DNA from: Felis catus
Lineage: Eukaryota
Length of the DNA stretch: 64,000 nucleotides
Assembly (NCBI RefSeq): GCF_018350175.1
Contig: NC_058368.1
Coordinates: forward strand, 196,852,001 to 196,916,000
Direction: 5' to 3'
Below, piece after piece: positions 25,034 through 39,345 of this stretch. The translations under genes were made by a program, and so were the position numbers. The notes under the pieces were generated by a model. It was not told where the DNA came from and ran no database searches. It saw only the letters and a program-made list of their open reading frames with translations. Position 1 is the stretch's first letter. Every line of letters starts with the position of its first letter.

Positions 25034-27192
25034 AAATATAATGTATCCAGAAGAATGTATCCTTAGCCTAGCCCATGTGGCACGCCAGTAGATAACCCTG
25101 TCCTGAAGATGAGTTGACAATCCAAAATTATAAGAACTCCATGAAAATGAGCAGAATTAGACCCCAAGAACATCAGAGAGTCAAACTATCACATACAAAG
25201 TATAAAATAAGCAGGAAAAAAAACCCCATATTATAAAAAAAAACAAAAGACCTGCATGATTTTTTAATTAATTTTTTTAAGTTTATTATTCTTGAGAGAT
25301 AGAGACAGAGCATGAGCAGGGGAGGGGCAGAGAGAGAGAGGAGAGACACAGAATCTGAAGCAGGGTCCAGGCTCTGAGCTGTCAGCACAGAGCCGGACGC
25401 GGGGCTTGAACTCACGAACTGCGAGATCATGACCTGAGCTGAAGTCAGCCGCCTAACCGACTGAGCCACCCCGGCGCCCCGACCTGTATGATTTTTTAAA
25501 GCACCAAATAAAACTTACAGTAATTCAAATTTTAGCCTTTGAAATTAAAAACTGAATGGGCAGATTTTTTTTTTAATTTTTTAATGTTCATTCATTTTTG
25601 AGAGAGACAGAGTGCAAGCAGGGGAGGGGCAGAGACAGAAAGAGAGAGGGAGACACAGAATCCAAAGCAGACTCTGGAAGCTAGCACAGAGCCAGATGCA
25701 GGGCTTGAACTTGTGAACCCTGAGATCATGACCTGAGCCACTTAACTGACTGAGCCACCCCGGCACCCTCTGAATGGGCAGATTTAACAGACATCTAGAA
25801 AAGAGAAATCGCAAAAGGGCATATAGATCTGAAGAAATTATCTAGACTGCTAAAGGAAGAGAAAAACATGGAAAATATAAAAGAATTTAAGGGATGTGGA
25901 TATTGAAATAAGAAGGTTCATGCATCAAATCTGAGTTCCAGAAGGCAAGAATAAAGAGAATGAGAACAGGCAATATTCAAAGAGATGAGAGTAAGAATTG
26001 TCCAGAATTTATTTAAAAAAATATAAATTCTTGGGGCGCCTGAGTGGCTCAGTCAGTTAAGCGTCTGACTTCAGCTCAGGTAATGATCTCTCAGTTCATG
26101 AGTTTGAGCTCCTCATCAGGTTCTCTGCTGTTAGCACAGAGCCCGGTTCAGATCCTCTGTCTCCCTCTCTCACCGCCCCTCCCCAGCTTGCACTCTTTCT
26201 CCCTCTCTCAAAAATAAATAAACATTTTTTAAAAAATGAATTATTAGATCCAGGAAGTACAAGTCCCTCTCAGGAGAAGTTTTTTTTTTTAAATTCACAT
26301 CCATGGGGCGCCTGGGTGGCTCAGTTGGTTAAGTGACCGACTTCAGCTCAAGTCATGATCTCGCAGTTTGTAAGCTGAAGCCCCGTGCCGGGTTCTGTGC
26401 TGACAGCTCAGAGCCTGGACCCTGCTTCAGATTCTGTGTCTCCCCGTCTCTCGGCCCCTCCCTTGCTCACGCTCTGTGTCTCTCTGTCTCTCAATAATAA
26501 ATAAATGTTAAAAAAAAAACTTAAAACTCACATCTAAACACACTGAAGAGAAACCGCAGAAGCTCGAAGGCCTAGAGAATTTATCTTTTTATGTTCCTGT
26601 TCTCAGGAAACTATGGGAGAATGTGCTCCACCAAAATAAATAGAAAAAAAAAGACATGGGGTACAGGGGACTGGCGATCAAATGTGAGAGCAGCCAAGGA
26701 AATCCCCAGACAGGTGAAGGAAAATCCTAAGATGGACCATTGGCTACAGGCAGATGGAAAACAGTTCAAATTAGAGTATTTCAGAAAGTAATAGAATATC
26801 TTGAGAACAGATGTATTGAATTGGTAGAGAGTATGGTGTTTCTTTAGGGGATAATCACACAGATCATACATACAAAACTAAGAGGCAAACCAAAGAACAA
26901 ATACAACACAGTTGTTAAAGAAAAAAACTGTGCAGAAAAAATGAAAGTAATTGTATGTTACCGCCTGGTTCAGTTATAAATACAATTTACACACATTATA
27001 ATACAAGTGATGTAATTAATATCATGTATAACTATAATGGGAGAATACGATAATGGGAGAGGTATACATGTGTAGTGGCAGGGGAGTAAAAACAAAAACC
27101 AAAAACCCAAATCCTCATCTTCCATAGCAGAAAGTCAAAGAACAATACCTAAATCAAAAGCTCAAGAATTAACAGTACATACATGCTATTTA

Positions 27193-27407
27193 ATTTTGTT
27201 TTTTCAACGTTTATTTATTTTTGGGACAGAGAGAGACAGAGCACGAACAGGGGAGGGGCAGAGAGAGAGGGAGATACAGAATCGGAAACAGGCTCCAGGC
27301 TCTGAGCCATCAGCCCAGAGCCCGACGCGGGGCTCGAACTCACGGACCGCGAGATCGTGACCTGGCTGAAGTCGGACGCTTAACCGACTGCGCCACCCAG
27401 GCGCCCC
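27193..27407 (-). mobile_element. Young felid CAN-SINE
   Basis: Same subfamily diagnostic sequence on the minus strand. Confidence 0.9.
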
Positions 27408-28597
27408 ACCAACAATATATTTTAAATGCAATTTAAAGATAAAAAGGTTTGATCATACAATAAAAGACAAATATTATTTATTCCTTCTGAAATATCTTAA
27501 TTTAACAAAAGATATATAAGATCTTTATGAAAAAAATTATAAAACTTTATTGAACTTACTGAATTGAAGAAACAATTATAAGTAGGGATACACTATGTTC
27601 ATAGATAGGAAGACTCAATATCATAAAGAAAAGAAAAAAATTTTCCCCAACCAGATTCAATTCCAGTTCCAGTGAAACTCCCAACAGAGTTTCACTTTTT
27701 GCTTTTTTGCTAAAACACAACAAGATAATTCTAAAACATATACGGAAGAGTAAAAGGCTAAGACTGGCTAAGGCAATCCTGAAGAACAAGGTGGGGGGAC
27801 CTGTCCTATGATATATCTAGAACTACTTGAAAGCCAATAGTAATTAAAAAGGATGGTGTTGATACAGGGCAAACACATTAGTAGGACAGATTAGACAGCC
27901 CAGAAATAGACCACAATAAAAATGGAAACGTTTTATATGACATAAGTATAAGCCACTGAGAAAAGGATGGTCATAGGATAAGGGGCCTCCCATATAGAAA
28001 AATAAACAAACGTAATCCCATATCACACTCAAATAAACTCCAGATGGTTAAAGACCTAAAGGTCAAATATGAAACTCTAAAATTCTTAGAAGAAAACATA
28101 GAAAAAATACTTTTATATTTTTGTTTATTTATTTTGAGAGAGGGAGAGAGTACATGTGTGCCCGGCGGGGAGGGACACAGAGAAAGGGAGAGAGAGAATC
28201 CCAAGCAGGCTCCACCTCAGCTTAGAGCCCAGTGCGGGGCTGGATCCCACAACTCTGGGACCATGACCTGAGCTGAAATCAAGAGTCAGACACTTAACAG
28301 ACTGAGCCACCTAGGCGCTCCCATAGGAAAATATTTTTATGCTCTCTGAGGATTTCTTTGACAAGACATAAAAGAAACCCCGAAAGAAAAGATTGGACAA
28401 GACTGATAAATCTGATGACAGTAATATTGAAATTTTCTGTTCATCAAACAATTCTACAATCAAAAGGAAAAGAGACGCCTCCAACCAGAAGATAATTGTG
28501 ATGAATGTAACCTGCAAAAAGTTTAATTATCTACACTACATAAAGAACCTTCTATGAATCACTAAAGCCAGGCAATTTAAAAGAAAAACAAAGCATA

Positions 28598-29132
28598 CTG
28601 TTACACATACAATATATTGGTTCATTCAATGTCAATGTTAACCTCCTCCTATTAAGTCATCCCGTAATACTGAAATTGGACAGCTAAACCCCAGCTTCCT
28701 TGCAGCTAACATTCCAACACGCGTTTTCAGCCCCACCAATCAGATGGTCTCACGTGAGCACTGAGTTTAGAACTGAGCTAAGTAGGAAGAGAGGTGATGC
28801 TTGAGATATCCATTTAATGGGGCAGGTACTACACGGTTTAAAGTCATCAATTCTGGCAAAAGATTGTGGCTAAAGTCATGGAATTCTGAAGCCAGCAGTA
28901 GGGCCAGCAGCATCCCAATTCTCTAATTTCCTGATGGTTGCAGAGGGTAGCAATGCCTCTGGAGGGGCGTTCCTGTAGCATGGCCTTGGGATTCGTTCCT
29001 AGTGGCCTATTCTGTGGTCTGCTTGTCCAGCCGCTCTGCTGCTATGGTAAGCACCTAATACACTCTTTTAAATACCCGACTGGTTAAAACAGAATGACTT
29101 GTGTTCTCTCCAACTGAACTGCGGATGATAGA
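28598..29132 (+). mobile_element. Old ERVL-type LTR (LTR33-like) inside L1 relic
   Basis: ccccagcttccttgcagcta, ccaccaatcagatg, tttagaactgagctaagt, terminal tctctccaactgaac..tgata. Confidence 0.55.
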
Positions 29133-29360
29133 GGTGTGAATAGGTATTGACAAAAGAAGAAATTTAAATGCCTAATACACGGGGCAACTGGGTGACTCAG
29201 TCGTTTAGCATCCGACGGTGGCTCAGATCACCATCTCACAGTTCATGAGTTTGAGCCCCACATCAGGCTCTGTATTGACAGCTCAGAGCCCGAAGCCTGC
29301 TTCGGATTCTGTGTCTCCCTCTCTCTCTGCCCCTCCCAACTCATGCTCTGTCTGTCTCTC

Positions 29361-29397
<37 letters not shown>

Positions 29398-30268
29398 AAT
29401 AAACATTAAAAAAACATTTTTTTTAATGCCTAACACACGAATGAAAAGACTCACTTGTGGGGCGCCTGAGTGGCTCAGTCAGTTAAGCATCCAACTCTTG
29501 ATTTCAGCTCAGGTCAGGGTCTCACAGTCCTGAGATCCATCTCCAAGTCGGGCTCTGTGCTGAGAGTGGAGCCTGCTTGGGAATCTCTTTCTCTCTCTCT
29601 CTCAAAATAAATAAATAAGCATTTTAAAAAGAAGAAAAGATTCCCTAGTAACTAGGAGGCAAATAGGAATAATTAAAGCTGCCATGAGATACCATTTCAT
29701 GCTCATCAGATTGGCAAAATATAAAAATGGTGAGACTGTAGGTGAATGGGGAAGTCTCACGTACTGATACGGTAATGGAAATTATTACAACCACTGCAAA
29801 GAGCAATTTGGCAATGACTAGAAAAGTTAAAAATGCTCACAGTGTCAGACCAATCAGTTCTACTCCTAGATATATCCTGTCTTCAAAAAACTTCTTCACA
29901 TATACACAAGAAATGGACACAAGAATGTTCACTCCAGCACTGCTGATAATGACTGGAAATTAGAAACTATCTCAATGTCCATCAACAGGAGAGTGGGTAA
30001 ATAACTTGTAATATATACATATCATGGAATTCTGAACAACAGTGAAAATGAACAAACTATAAATTCATGTATCAACATGGATAGCCTCACAAACACTGTA
30101 AAGAAAGGGGAAAAAAAGAAAGTTCTAGAAGGGGGGGGGTTGAAAGAAAGTTCCAGAAGGGCACATAGATTATAATACTATTTTCTAAAATTTAAAATAC
30201 GTAAAACAATGCTAGATAGTGTTTAGAGATATATACATATGGAACACCAGTATTAAAAATTTTGTGGA

Positions 30269-30494
30269 GGGGCACCTGGGTGGCACAGTCGGTTAAGCGT
30301 CCGACTTCAGCCAGGTCACGATCTCGTGGTCCGTGAGTTCGAGCCCCGCGTCAGGCTCTGGGCTGATGGCTCAGAGCCTGGAGCCTGTTTCCGATTCTGT
30401 GTCTCCCTCTCTCTCTGCCCCTCCCCCGTTCATGCTCTGTCTCTCTCTGTCCCAAAAATAAATAAACGTTGAAAAAAAAAATTAAAAAAAAAAA
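30269..30494 (+). mobile_element. Young felid CAN-SINE, followed by an older SINE at ~30506-30700
   Basis: tRNA-derived head, (CT)n body, A tail. Confidence 0.9.
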
Positions 30495-32209
30495 TGTGTG
30501 GAAGTGGGGCACCGGTGTGGCTCAGTCGGTTAAGCATCTGACTTCCGATCAGGTCATGATCTCACAGTTCGTGGGTTCCCAGTGGGCTCTCTGTGAACAG
30601 AGCCCACTTCAGCTCCTCTGTCTCCCTCTCTCACTGCCCCTCCTCAGCTCACATTCTCTCTCATTTCTCAAAAATAAATAAACATTTAAAAAAATTTTTT
30701 AAATGTTTGTGGAAGTGATTAGCAATAAATTCAAATGGTAGTAACCTCTGGAAAGGGAAGCAGAGAAACAGAATTTAAGACTATCAAAAATGACTTAATG
30801 GCATCTGAGGGGTTGGGGTTTTTTAAGTTAAACTTTTAATTTGGAGATAGAGATTCACATGCAGTTGTAGTAAGTAATACATTGGTTCCATGTACCCTTT
30901 ACCCAGTTTCCTCAATGGTAACATTTTGCAACACAATCTCACAGCCAGGATACTGGCATTGATACAAGGGCCCCTTTTCACCCAACCTCATCTCATCCTT
31001 AACCCCTGGCCCCCAAGAAATCAGTTCTCTTGGGGCGCCTGGGTGGCTCAGTCGGTTAAGTGTCCGACTTCGGCTCAGGTCATGATCTCACAGTCCGTGG
31101 GTTCGAGCCCTGCGTTGGGCTCTGCGCTGACAGCTCAGAGCCTGCAGCCTGCTTTGGATTCTGTGTCTCCCTCTCTCTCTGCCCCTCCCCCGCTCATGCT
31201 CTGCCTCTCTCTCTGTCAAAAATAAACATCAAAAAATAAATAAATAAATAAAAGAAATCAGTTCTCCATTTCTATAATCCTGTCATTTTAAGAATGTATG
31301 TAAACAAAATCATTACAGCGTGTAAGCTTTTTAGGATTGACTTTATTCAATCAGCACAATTCCCTGGAGATTCCTGTAAACCGTTGAATGGATCAACAGT
31401 TCCTTCCTTTTTATTGCTGAGGACCTGAGAGGTTCTAGTTGCTTAAAAATAATGAAACACATATGGGAAAAACGTTAAAATTAAACATAGATAGATGGTA
31501 AGAACATGGTATTTGTTGCACTGTTCTTTGTTTTTTTTTTTCTGGATGGTTAAAATATTTCCTAATATTTAAAATGGCACACATCCCATTCAAACTTGCA
31601 CTTGGTTATTTAGGGTCATTTAGGACCGGGCCTCATCTTCCTGGCCAGACACTAAGCACTTAGAGACAAGATAAACACCCATTCACCTCATATCCCCCGC
31701 TGTGCCTCACAATACTGAAGACACTTGCGGATGTCAGTGGTCCTTTGGGAGGCATGAGTAGCAGCAGAAATTTCTGTCCTGGGCCATCAAATATTATGTA
31801 AACTGGCTGCGGAGAGCAATGGGCCTAGAAAGCTCTCGGAATGCATGTGTCTGATGCACAGTTCTGTTCCAGCTTCTGAACACTGCCTGTGGCCTGCTGA
31901 CCTGTCCCCGGCCTGATCCGCTGACACTCACTACCCAGAGCATAGGTTCTCTAGAAAGATCCCAATAGGATTTCAGGAGAACTACTCAGGTTCCACTACT
32001 CAGAACTCTTGCTAAATAAACAAAAAGCACAAATAATACTTTGTAGAGAACTGCTAACTATTTAAAATGGCATTAATTTGCACTTAGGTTAATTGAAATC
32101 TAGACCTCCAAGCAGGCCTGGCAAAACCTCTCTGTAACAGCATTTTGTTATCTCTTATAGTCTGTGTAATGGAAAGGAACACACTTTTATTTCTTTAAAA
32201 ATATATTAC

Positions 32210-33600
32210 TTGGCAATGAAAAGGAAGGAAGTACTCCTGATACGTGCTCCAACATGGATGAATCTTGAAAACATTATGCTAGAAGTCAGTCAAAGAAATC
32301 AGTCATAAAGGACCACCTATTTTATGATTTGGTTTATGTGAAATGTCCAGAACAGGCAAATCTGTAGAAACAGAAAGCAGATGATTGATTTCCTAGGCTG
32401 AAGGGATAGGGGTATTGGTGGCTATGGGGTACAGGGTTTCTTTTAGGGATGATGAAAATGTTCTAAATTTATCGTGGTGATGGTTGCACAACTCAGTGAA
32501 TACACTAAAAACCATTGATTTGTGCATCCTCGATGGGCAAATTATATGATACATATTATATCTCAATAAAGCTGTCACCAAAATAACATTAACGATTGGC
32601 AAGGATGTGAGCAAACTGGGTCTCTCATATATTACTGACGGGAATATAAAGGGGTACAGCCACTCTGGAAAATAGTTTGTCAGTTTCTTTAAACACGAAA
32701 CATACACAGGGGCACCTGGCTGGCTCAGCTGAACGTCCAACTTCGGCTCAGGTCATGATCTCACGGTTCACGGGTTCAAGCCCTGCATCAGGCTCTGTGC
32801 TGACAGCTCAGAGCCTGGAGCCTGCTTCGGATTCTGTGTCTCCTTCTCTCTCTTCCCCTCCCCCACTTGTATTCTGTCTCTCTCTGTCTCTCAAAAATAA
32901 ATAAATGTTAAAAAAACAAACAAACAAAAAAAAAAACACTTAGCAGTGATCATACCTCAGGACATCTATTCCAGAGAAAGAAAACTTAAGTCCATACAAA
33001 AACCTGTCCACAAATGCTCGTACAAGTTTGATTTGTAATAGCCAAACTGGAAACAATCAAAACGTTGTTTTAATAGGTGAATGCTTTAAAACAACAACAA
33101 CTGTGGTAGATCCAATATCACTGATCACCCAGAAGGAACCGGGAATAAAATACTGATACATTGCAATAACTTGGATAGCTCTTGAAGGTATTATACTGTG
33201 TCTCAAAATGTCACACCCTGTGTGATTCCACTTATGTAACAAACGAAATTATAAAGACAGAGGCCAGATAGGGGTCACCTGGTTAGGGACAAGGGGGAAG
33301 GGCATGGGGGTGTTACTGTAAAGAAAGAACACGAGGAAGAACTGTGTGTCTTAATCGAAGTGATAGTTACACAAATTTGCCATGTGATATAGTAACACAA
33401 AACAAGCATTCACAAATAGTGTGCCGATGCCAATTTCCTGGTTTTGATAGTGTGGTATATTTCAATAAGAGAGAACCACTGGAGGAACTTGGTCAAGGGC
33501 ATACAGAAACCCCGGTACTGTCCTTGCAACTTGCCGTTAAACAAGCCTGTACGCCTCATTCCTGCCTGTATGTATTTCAAAATAAAAAGTTAAAAAAAAC
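32210..33600 (+). mobile_element. Old L1 3' fragments (L1MB/L1ME-like) with a SINE at ~32709-32930
   Basis: acatggatgaatcttgaaaacattatgct, gaaatgtccagaacaggcaaatc, gggatgatgaaaatgttcta, caatttcctggttttgata. Confidence 0.75.
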
Positions 33601-33859
33601 AACCAAAATATTACATAGCTTACGTTTTCCACTATCATTGCAACTCTCTCTGGACAAGTGGAACTCAAAAGCCTGGGAGAGCAGGCTGGGTGTCCCTGTT
33701 CCATTTCCTGGTCTGGCCTGATAAGAACTCTGGTCTCAGAGAACATGCTCAGAAAACATGGCTTTTCTTACAGTCCAGTCATGCTCACTCCTGAGATCTC
33801 TTTCATGCCCTGTAATAGCCAATTAAGAACTAACATCAGTTTAGCATACGGGCGGTGCT

Positions 33860-33892
<33 letters not shown>

Positions 33893-34599
33893 TTCATGGG
33901 GCACTTGGGTGGCTCAGGTGGTTAAGCGTCCAACCCTTGATTTTGGCTCAGGTCATGATCTCACGGTCTGTGAGATCGAGCCCCACATTGGGCTCTGTGC
34001 TGACAGCGTGGAGCCCGCTTGGGATTCTCTCTCTCCCTCTCTCTGTGCCCCTCCCCCACTCAGGCTCGCTTTCTCTCTCTCTCAAAATAAATAAATAAAC
34101 TAAAAAAACAAATTTGTTTTAAATGCCTGTTGAATGTTCTGCAGCCACAGCTTCAGACTCCAGGATGGTGTAAAACAGCTCTTTCTGTAGCACATGTTCA
34201 TTCAATAAACATTTGGAGCAGCTACCTTACGCCAAGCACTTTCCTAGATCCTGAGGATATAAAGATCAAGAAAAGAAACAGATCTACAATAAGGACAGGG
34301 TATTTAAAACATCTGGTTATTGGGGCGCCGGGGTGGCTCAGGCAGTTGAGCTTCCGACTTCGGCTCAGGTCATGATCTCACGGTCTGTGAGTTCGAGCCC
34401 CGCGTCGGGCTCTGTGCTGACAGTTCAGAGCCTGGAGCCTGTTTCAGATTCTGTGTCTCCCTCTCTCTGACCCTCCCCCATTCATGCTCTGTCTCTCTCT
34501 GTCTCAAAAATAAATAAACATTAAAAAAATTTAAATGTTCAGACTCAAAAAAATTGATTAAAAAACAATAATTAAAAAAATAAAACATCTGGTTATTTG

Positions 34600-37060
34600 C
34601 CCCAGGTTTCTTTCCACTAAAAGCAGAAGGACTAACTCGGTAAATGTTATGGACATCCTGATTATTTCATCCCTTTCAAGACAGAAGAAGTGACAAGGGG
34701 AAATGATGCATCAAATCTAATTCTAACCAGGGACCCCCGGCTGGCTCGGTCGGTGGAGCATATGATTCTTGATACCAGAGCTGTGAGTTTGAGCCCCACG
34801 TTTAGAGATTATTTAAAAAATAATTTAAAGAATATATAAGTCAGACTGGTCCAAAGAACCAAACAGAAGAAGTAGATCCCTGGGGAAAGGGAAACTGTCA
34901 CCTTAAAGTTCTTTCAGAAGGTAAAATGTCACAGAAGAGAAAGTCCAACATCCCTGAGCCTCCCACCCCAGGTTTTAGACAGAGATCAATTTCAATACTT
35001 AAGATTAAAAAAAAAAAGTCAGATGTGTGCATCTGGTCTGAGACTGTAAAAATGAGGGTTCATGGAAGATTGTCAAAGGTGCTATCATGATAGCAAAAGA
35101 CTTTGTTGAAAAACAAAAGAAGGAAACACCTATAGAAACAAGAGTAGCCACGCTAGGATCCTGCCTAACCTGGTGCCTGGTTTATAAAAACATATACACA
35201 CACACACAAAATAAAAATTAAAAAAGGCGGGGAGGCGCCTGGGTGGCTCAGTCGGTTAAGCGTCCGACTTTGGCTCAGGTCATGATCTCACAGTTTGTGA
35301 GTTCGAGCCCTGCGTCGGGCTCTGCGCTGATAAGCCTAGAGCCTGCTTCAGATTCTATGTCTCCCTCTCTCTCTGTCCCCCCCCCACTCTCTCTCTCTCT
35401 CTCTAAAATAAATAAACATTAAAAAAAAAAACTTAAAAAAAATTACAAAGACATACACGACAGTCAGAGAGGAAGGTCCTCTACAAAGAGCTTCCAAAAC
35501 TCTAAACACCCAGAAGGAGCTGGGATTGATAAAATTATAAGAATAACGGGCGCTTGGGTGGCTCAGTAGGTTAAGCGGCCGACTTCGGCTCAGGTCATGA
35601 TCTCGCGGTCCCTGAGTTCGAGCCCCGCGTCGGGCTCTGTGCTGACTGCTCAGAGCCTGGAGCCTGTTTCAGATTCTGTGTCTCCCTCTCTCTCTGCCCC
35701 TCCCCCGTTCATGCTCTGTCTCTCTCTGTCTCAAAAATAAATAAACGTTAAAAAAATTTTTTTTTTTAATTATAAGAATAACTTCCAAAGCTCTGCCCCT
35801 ACTATGACTGCCACGTATATTTTAAGATGCATGTTCAGAAAAAGTAAGAAATAGGCACACTATTTGATGGCTTTGCTTTCCTCTTCTCAGCCCTAAAGAG
35901 GGACTTAGGAGGCAGTCAGTGTGAAAGCTTGGTGCCCAGACCCTGGAGCAGGGAAACCTGATTTCAAATTCTGATTCTGCAATCAACTGGCTGGCTTTTC
36001 TGGGAGAATGATATAACCTTCTTTGTAGGGTGATTATAAGGTTTCATAAGATAACCCATGTAAAGTGTCTCAACAGAGTGCCTGGTATAAGGTAAGTTAT
36101 CAGTAATTGTAGCAGTTGCTGTTGTTACTTTTAATGTCAAACTGTAAAGGATAGCATCACCATGGATCCAGTGGATCAAGAAATGTCTAAGGACACTTGG
36201 CTGGTCACATTCAAGCAGACGGCAAGAACAGTTGATTATGATGACAATACTAAGTAGTAGGAACGATACACCAGAGCCTGGCTCAGGATGCCGCTAACAC
36301 CAAAGAAATGGAGCTGAGAATGGAGGGATCATGAGACTGAGCCTTGATGACATTACTCAGTCCAGCCGTGATGGACACCGATCGAGTTTGGATTTTTTTA
36401 TGAGCTAGTACATTTTCTTTCCCCATGCCTCTTCAGACTTGGCCACTCTGAGCTGGGTTTCTGCCACCTGAGTAAAACAGATGGCCTGCCAGCCATTAGA
36501 AAGGGAAACCGAGATCACTGGGAGCCAGCATAGGTGAAGAAAAAACAAAAACAGAATAACAGGTCATGCCAGACTACCCTCATTCTCTTACTGAAAGGCA
36601 ACTAGGCCAGTGGATCAAAGGAATGCTGTAAGCTAGGGTAACTGGCCCCACAAGGTGATGACGTCTTTCTAGAGAGTGTCTCTCTCTCTCTCTCTCTCTT
36701 TTTTAAAGATTTATATATTTTTTAAGCTTATTTATTTATTTTGAGAGAGACACAGAGAGAGAGAGAGCACGAGCAGGGGAGAGGCAGTGAGAAAATCCCA
36801 AGCAGGCTCCGCACTGTCAGCAACTCAGGGCTTGAACTCACGAACTGTGCAATCGTGACCTGAGCTGAAACCAAGAGTCAGATGCTTCACTAACTGAGCT
36901 GCCCAAGTGCCCCTTTGAAGGAGTCTCTCTAGGGAGTAAGACAAGGGTGATGGAGGCTGGGACTGAAGGTGGGAGGAATCATAGGACAATAATATGAACT
37001 AAAAACTGATAAAACTACACAATTCAAAAATGTTGATCAGTGTCAACCTCTGGGATCTGC
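34600..37060 (+). mobile_element. CR1/L3 relics interspersed with SINEs, MIR and an LTR fragment
   Basis: agaagaagtgacaagggga..atctaattctaacc and gtcatgccagactaccctcatt..actaggccagtggatcaaaggaatgctgta resemble L3 ORF2 DNA. Confidence 0.55.
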
Positions 37061-38143
37061 TCAGTTTGCTTAAGGCCATCTGTCAGTCCTTCCAGCGCTT
37101 TCCATCTCCAAGACCACCCGAGTCTAAACCTCCACCACCTTTCTCCTGGAAGACTGCTAAGTCTCCTGACTGGATGCACAGCACCAGAGTGGAGCGTCTT
37201 TCAAAAACATGCAACTGACTGCTTGGAACCCAGACAAGTTTTCCCTTGATTCCCATCCTCCTTCCAAAAAACTACTCCTTCCCCCCCCCCCCCCCAGTAA
37301 TTATTTTTCTTATTCTATTTGTTTTACAGGTTCATTCAATAAAGCGTAAGCCCCGCCAGGGGGAGGATCACATCTGTTTTCCAACACATCACCTAGTGCC
37401 GACTCCAGATCTAGCATATGGTAAGTGCTCAATTAATTGAATGAATGAATGATGCGGATGAACCAGCGGAATAATGATCAAATTGCCAATGGCACTGTAA
37501 CAAATGGAATCAGACTAGTATAATCATATACAACTCTCAGGGGCCACCAAAAAGCTCAAGGTCAGGTGAGAGAGAGCAAACTCCCCTCGAATTTTATATC
37601 AGTGGAATTATAGAGTATGGGCTCTTTTTGGTCTGGCCTTTTTCTTCTCTTTTCAGCAAAATTCTTTTGAGATCTATCCATGTTGTGGCACGTATCAAGA
37701 GTTCATTCCTTTTTAAATGCTGAGTGGTATTCGACTGCATGGATATAGCACAATGGTTGTTTTCTATTTATCACACTGGATAAACAATTGGTTGTTTTCC
37801 ATTTATTACAACAGAGCTAGACGGAGAGATGTACTGTCTGGCTTACATGACTTACATTTCAATGTTTTAATGTTTATTATTTATTTTTGAGAGAGAGAGA
37901 GAGAGAGAGTGTGTGCGCGCATGAGTGCGGGGGGCGAGGCGGGGGGGGGGGAGCAGAGAGAGAGGGAGACACAGAATTGAGGCAGGCTCCAGGCTCTGAG
38001 CTGTCAGCACAGAGTCTGATGCGGGGCTCGAACTCGTGAACTGTGAGATCATGACCTGAGCGAAGCTGGATGCTTCACTGACTGAGCCACCCAGGCACCC
38101 CTTTAACTTTTTAAGAAAATGTCAAACATTTTAAGAAAATGTT

Positions 38144-38366
38144 GGGGCGCCTGGGTGGCGCAGTCGGTTAAGCGTCCGACTTCAGCCAGGTCACGATCTC
38201 GCGGTCCGCGAGTTCGAGCCCCGCATCAGGCTCTGGGCTGATGGCTCGGAGCCTGGAGCCTGTTTCCGATTCTGTGTCTCCCTCTCTCTCTGCCCCTCCT
38301 CCGTTCATGCTCTGTCTCTCTCTGTCCCAAAAATAAATAAAAACGTTGAAAAAAAAATTTTAAAAA
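38144..38366 (+). mobile_element. Young felid CAN-SINE
   Basis: Near-consensus; TSD aagaaaatgt. Confidence 0.92.
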
Positions 38367-38724
38367 GAAAATGTCAAACTTTTCAAAAGTGGTGGTACCC
38401 CTTTACATTTCCACCAACAGTGTATGTGACTTCTAGTTCCTCCACATCCTCATCAGTTATCCTCTAGTCAGTCTTTTTAATTTTAGCCATCCTAACAGGT
38501 AGCAAGTGATATCTCATTATGGTTTTGACATGCATTTCCCTAATGATGAATTATCTGCAGCATCTTTTCAAGTGCTTACTTGCCACCCATATGTCCTCCT
38601 TGGACATTATGGTTCGTTCAAATTACAAAAGAGGCTCTCACTCCTTACATAATTTAGACAAACGATACGGAGTGTTATAAAGAATATGTAGTCCCCCATT
38701 ACCAATCCCCACCTCCAACACACA

Positions 38725-39345
38725 CACTGATAACCTAAGGTGCATAAGAACCATCAGGAGCACTGGTCAGGCAGGCAAATTCTTGCCCCCATTCTTGAAG
38801 ATTTTTTTTTTAAGTTTATTGTATATGTACGTATTTAATGTTCATTCGAGAAAGAGCAGGAGCAGGGGTGGGGGTGGGGGTGAGGCAGAGAGAGAGGAGA
38901 GAGACAAAGAATGCCAAGCAGGCTCTGTGCCATGAGATCATGACCTGCGCCGAAACCAAGAGCCCAACTAGACTGAGCCACCCTGGTGCCCTGTCCCCAC
39001 TCTTGAAGATTCTGATTCAGGAGGTCAGGGATGGCTCGTTTCAGCAAGTCCCTAAGTGATTTTTTTTTTTTTTTTAATTTTTTTTTCAACGTTTTTATTT
39101 ATTTTTGGGACAGAGAGAGACAGAGCATGAACGGGGGAGGGGCAGAGAGAGAGGGAGACACAGAATCGGAAACAGGCTCCAGGCTCCGAGCCATCAGCCC
39201 AGAGCCTGACGCGGGGCTCGAACTCACGGACCGCGAGATCGTGACCTGGCTGAAGTCGGACGCTTAACCGACTGCGCCACCCAGGCGCCCCCCCTAAGTA
39301 ATTCTGATGCAAGTAGTCTGTAGGTCCTTTCTTGAGCAATTCTGC
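38725..39345. mobile_element. MER5-like DNA transposon relic interrupted by two SINEs
   Basis: gtgcataagaaccatcaggag..gattctgattcagga, cagcaagtccctaagtgat..attctgatgca. Confidence 0.55.
39061..39291 (-). mobile_element. Young felid CAN-SINE
   Basis: Near-consensus; TSD ccctaagt(g/a)att. Confidence 0.92.

Larger units (their letters stand above)
25100..30800 (+). mobile_element. Highly degraded ancient L1 (L1ME-like) riddled with SINEs and an LTR
   Basis: A-rich plus strand with L1 motifs: ataggaagactcaatatcataaag, ggctaaggcaatcctgaagaa, acagcccagaaatagacc, gagataccatttcat..atcagattggcaaaa. Confidence 0.7.
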
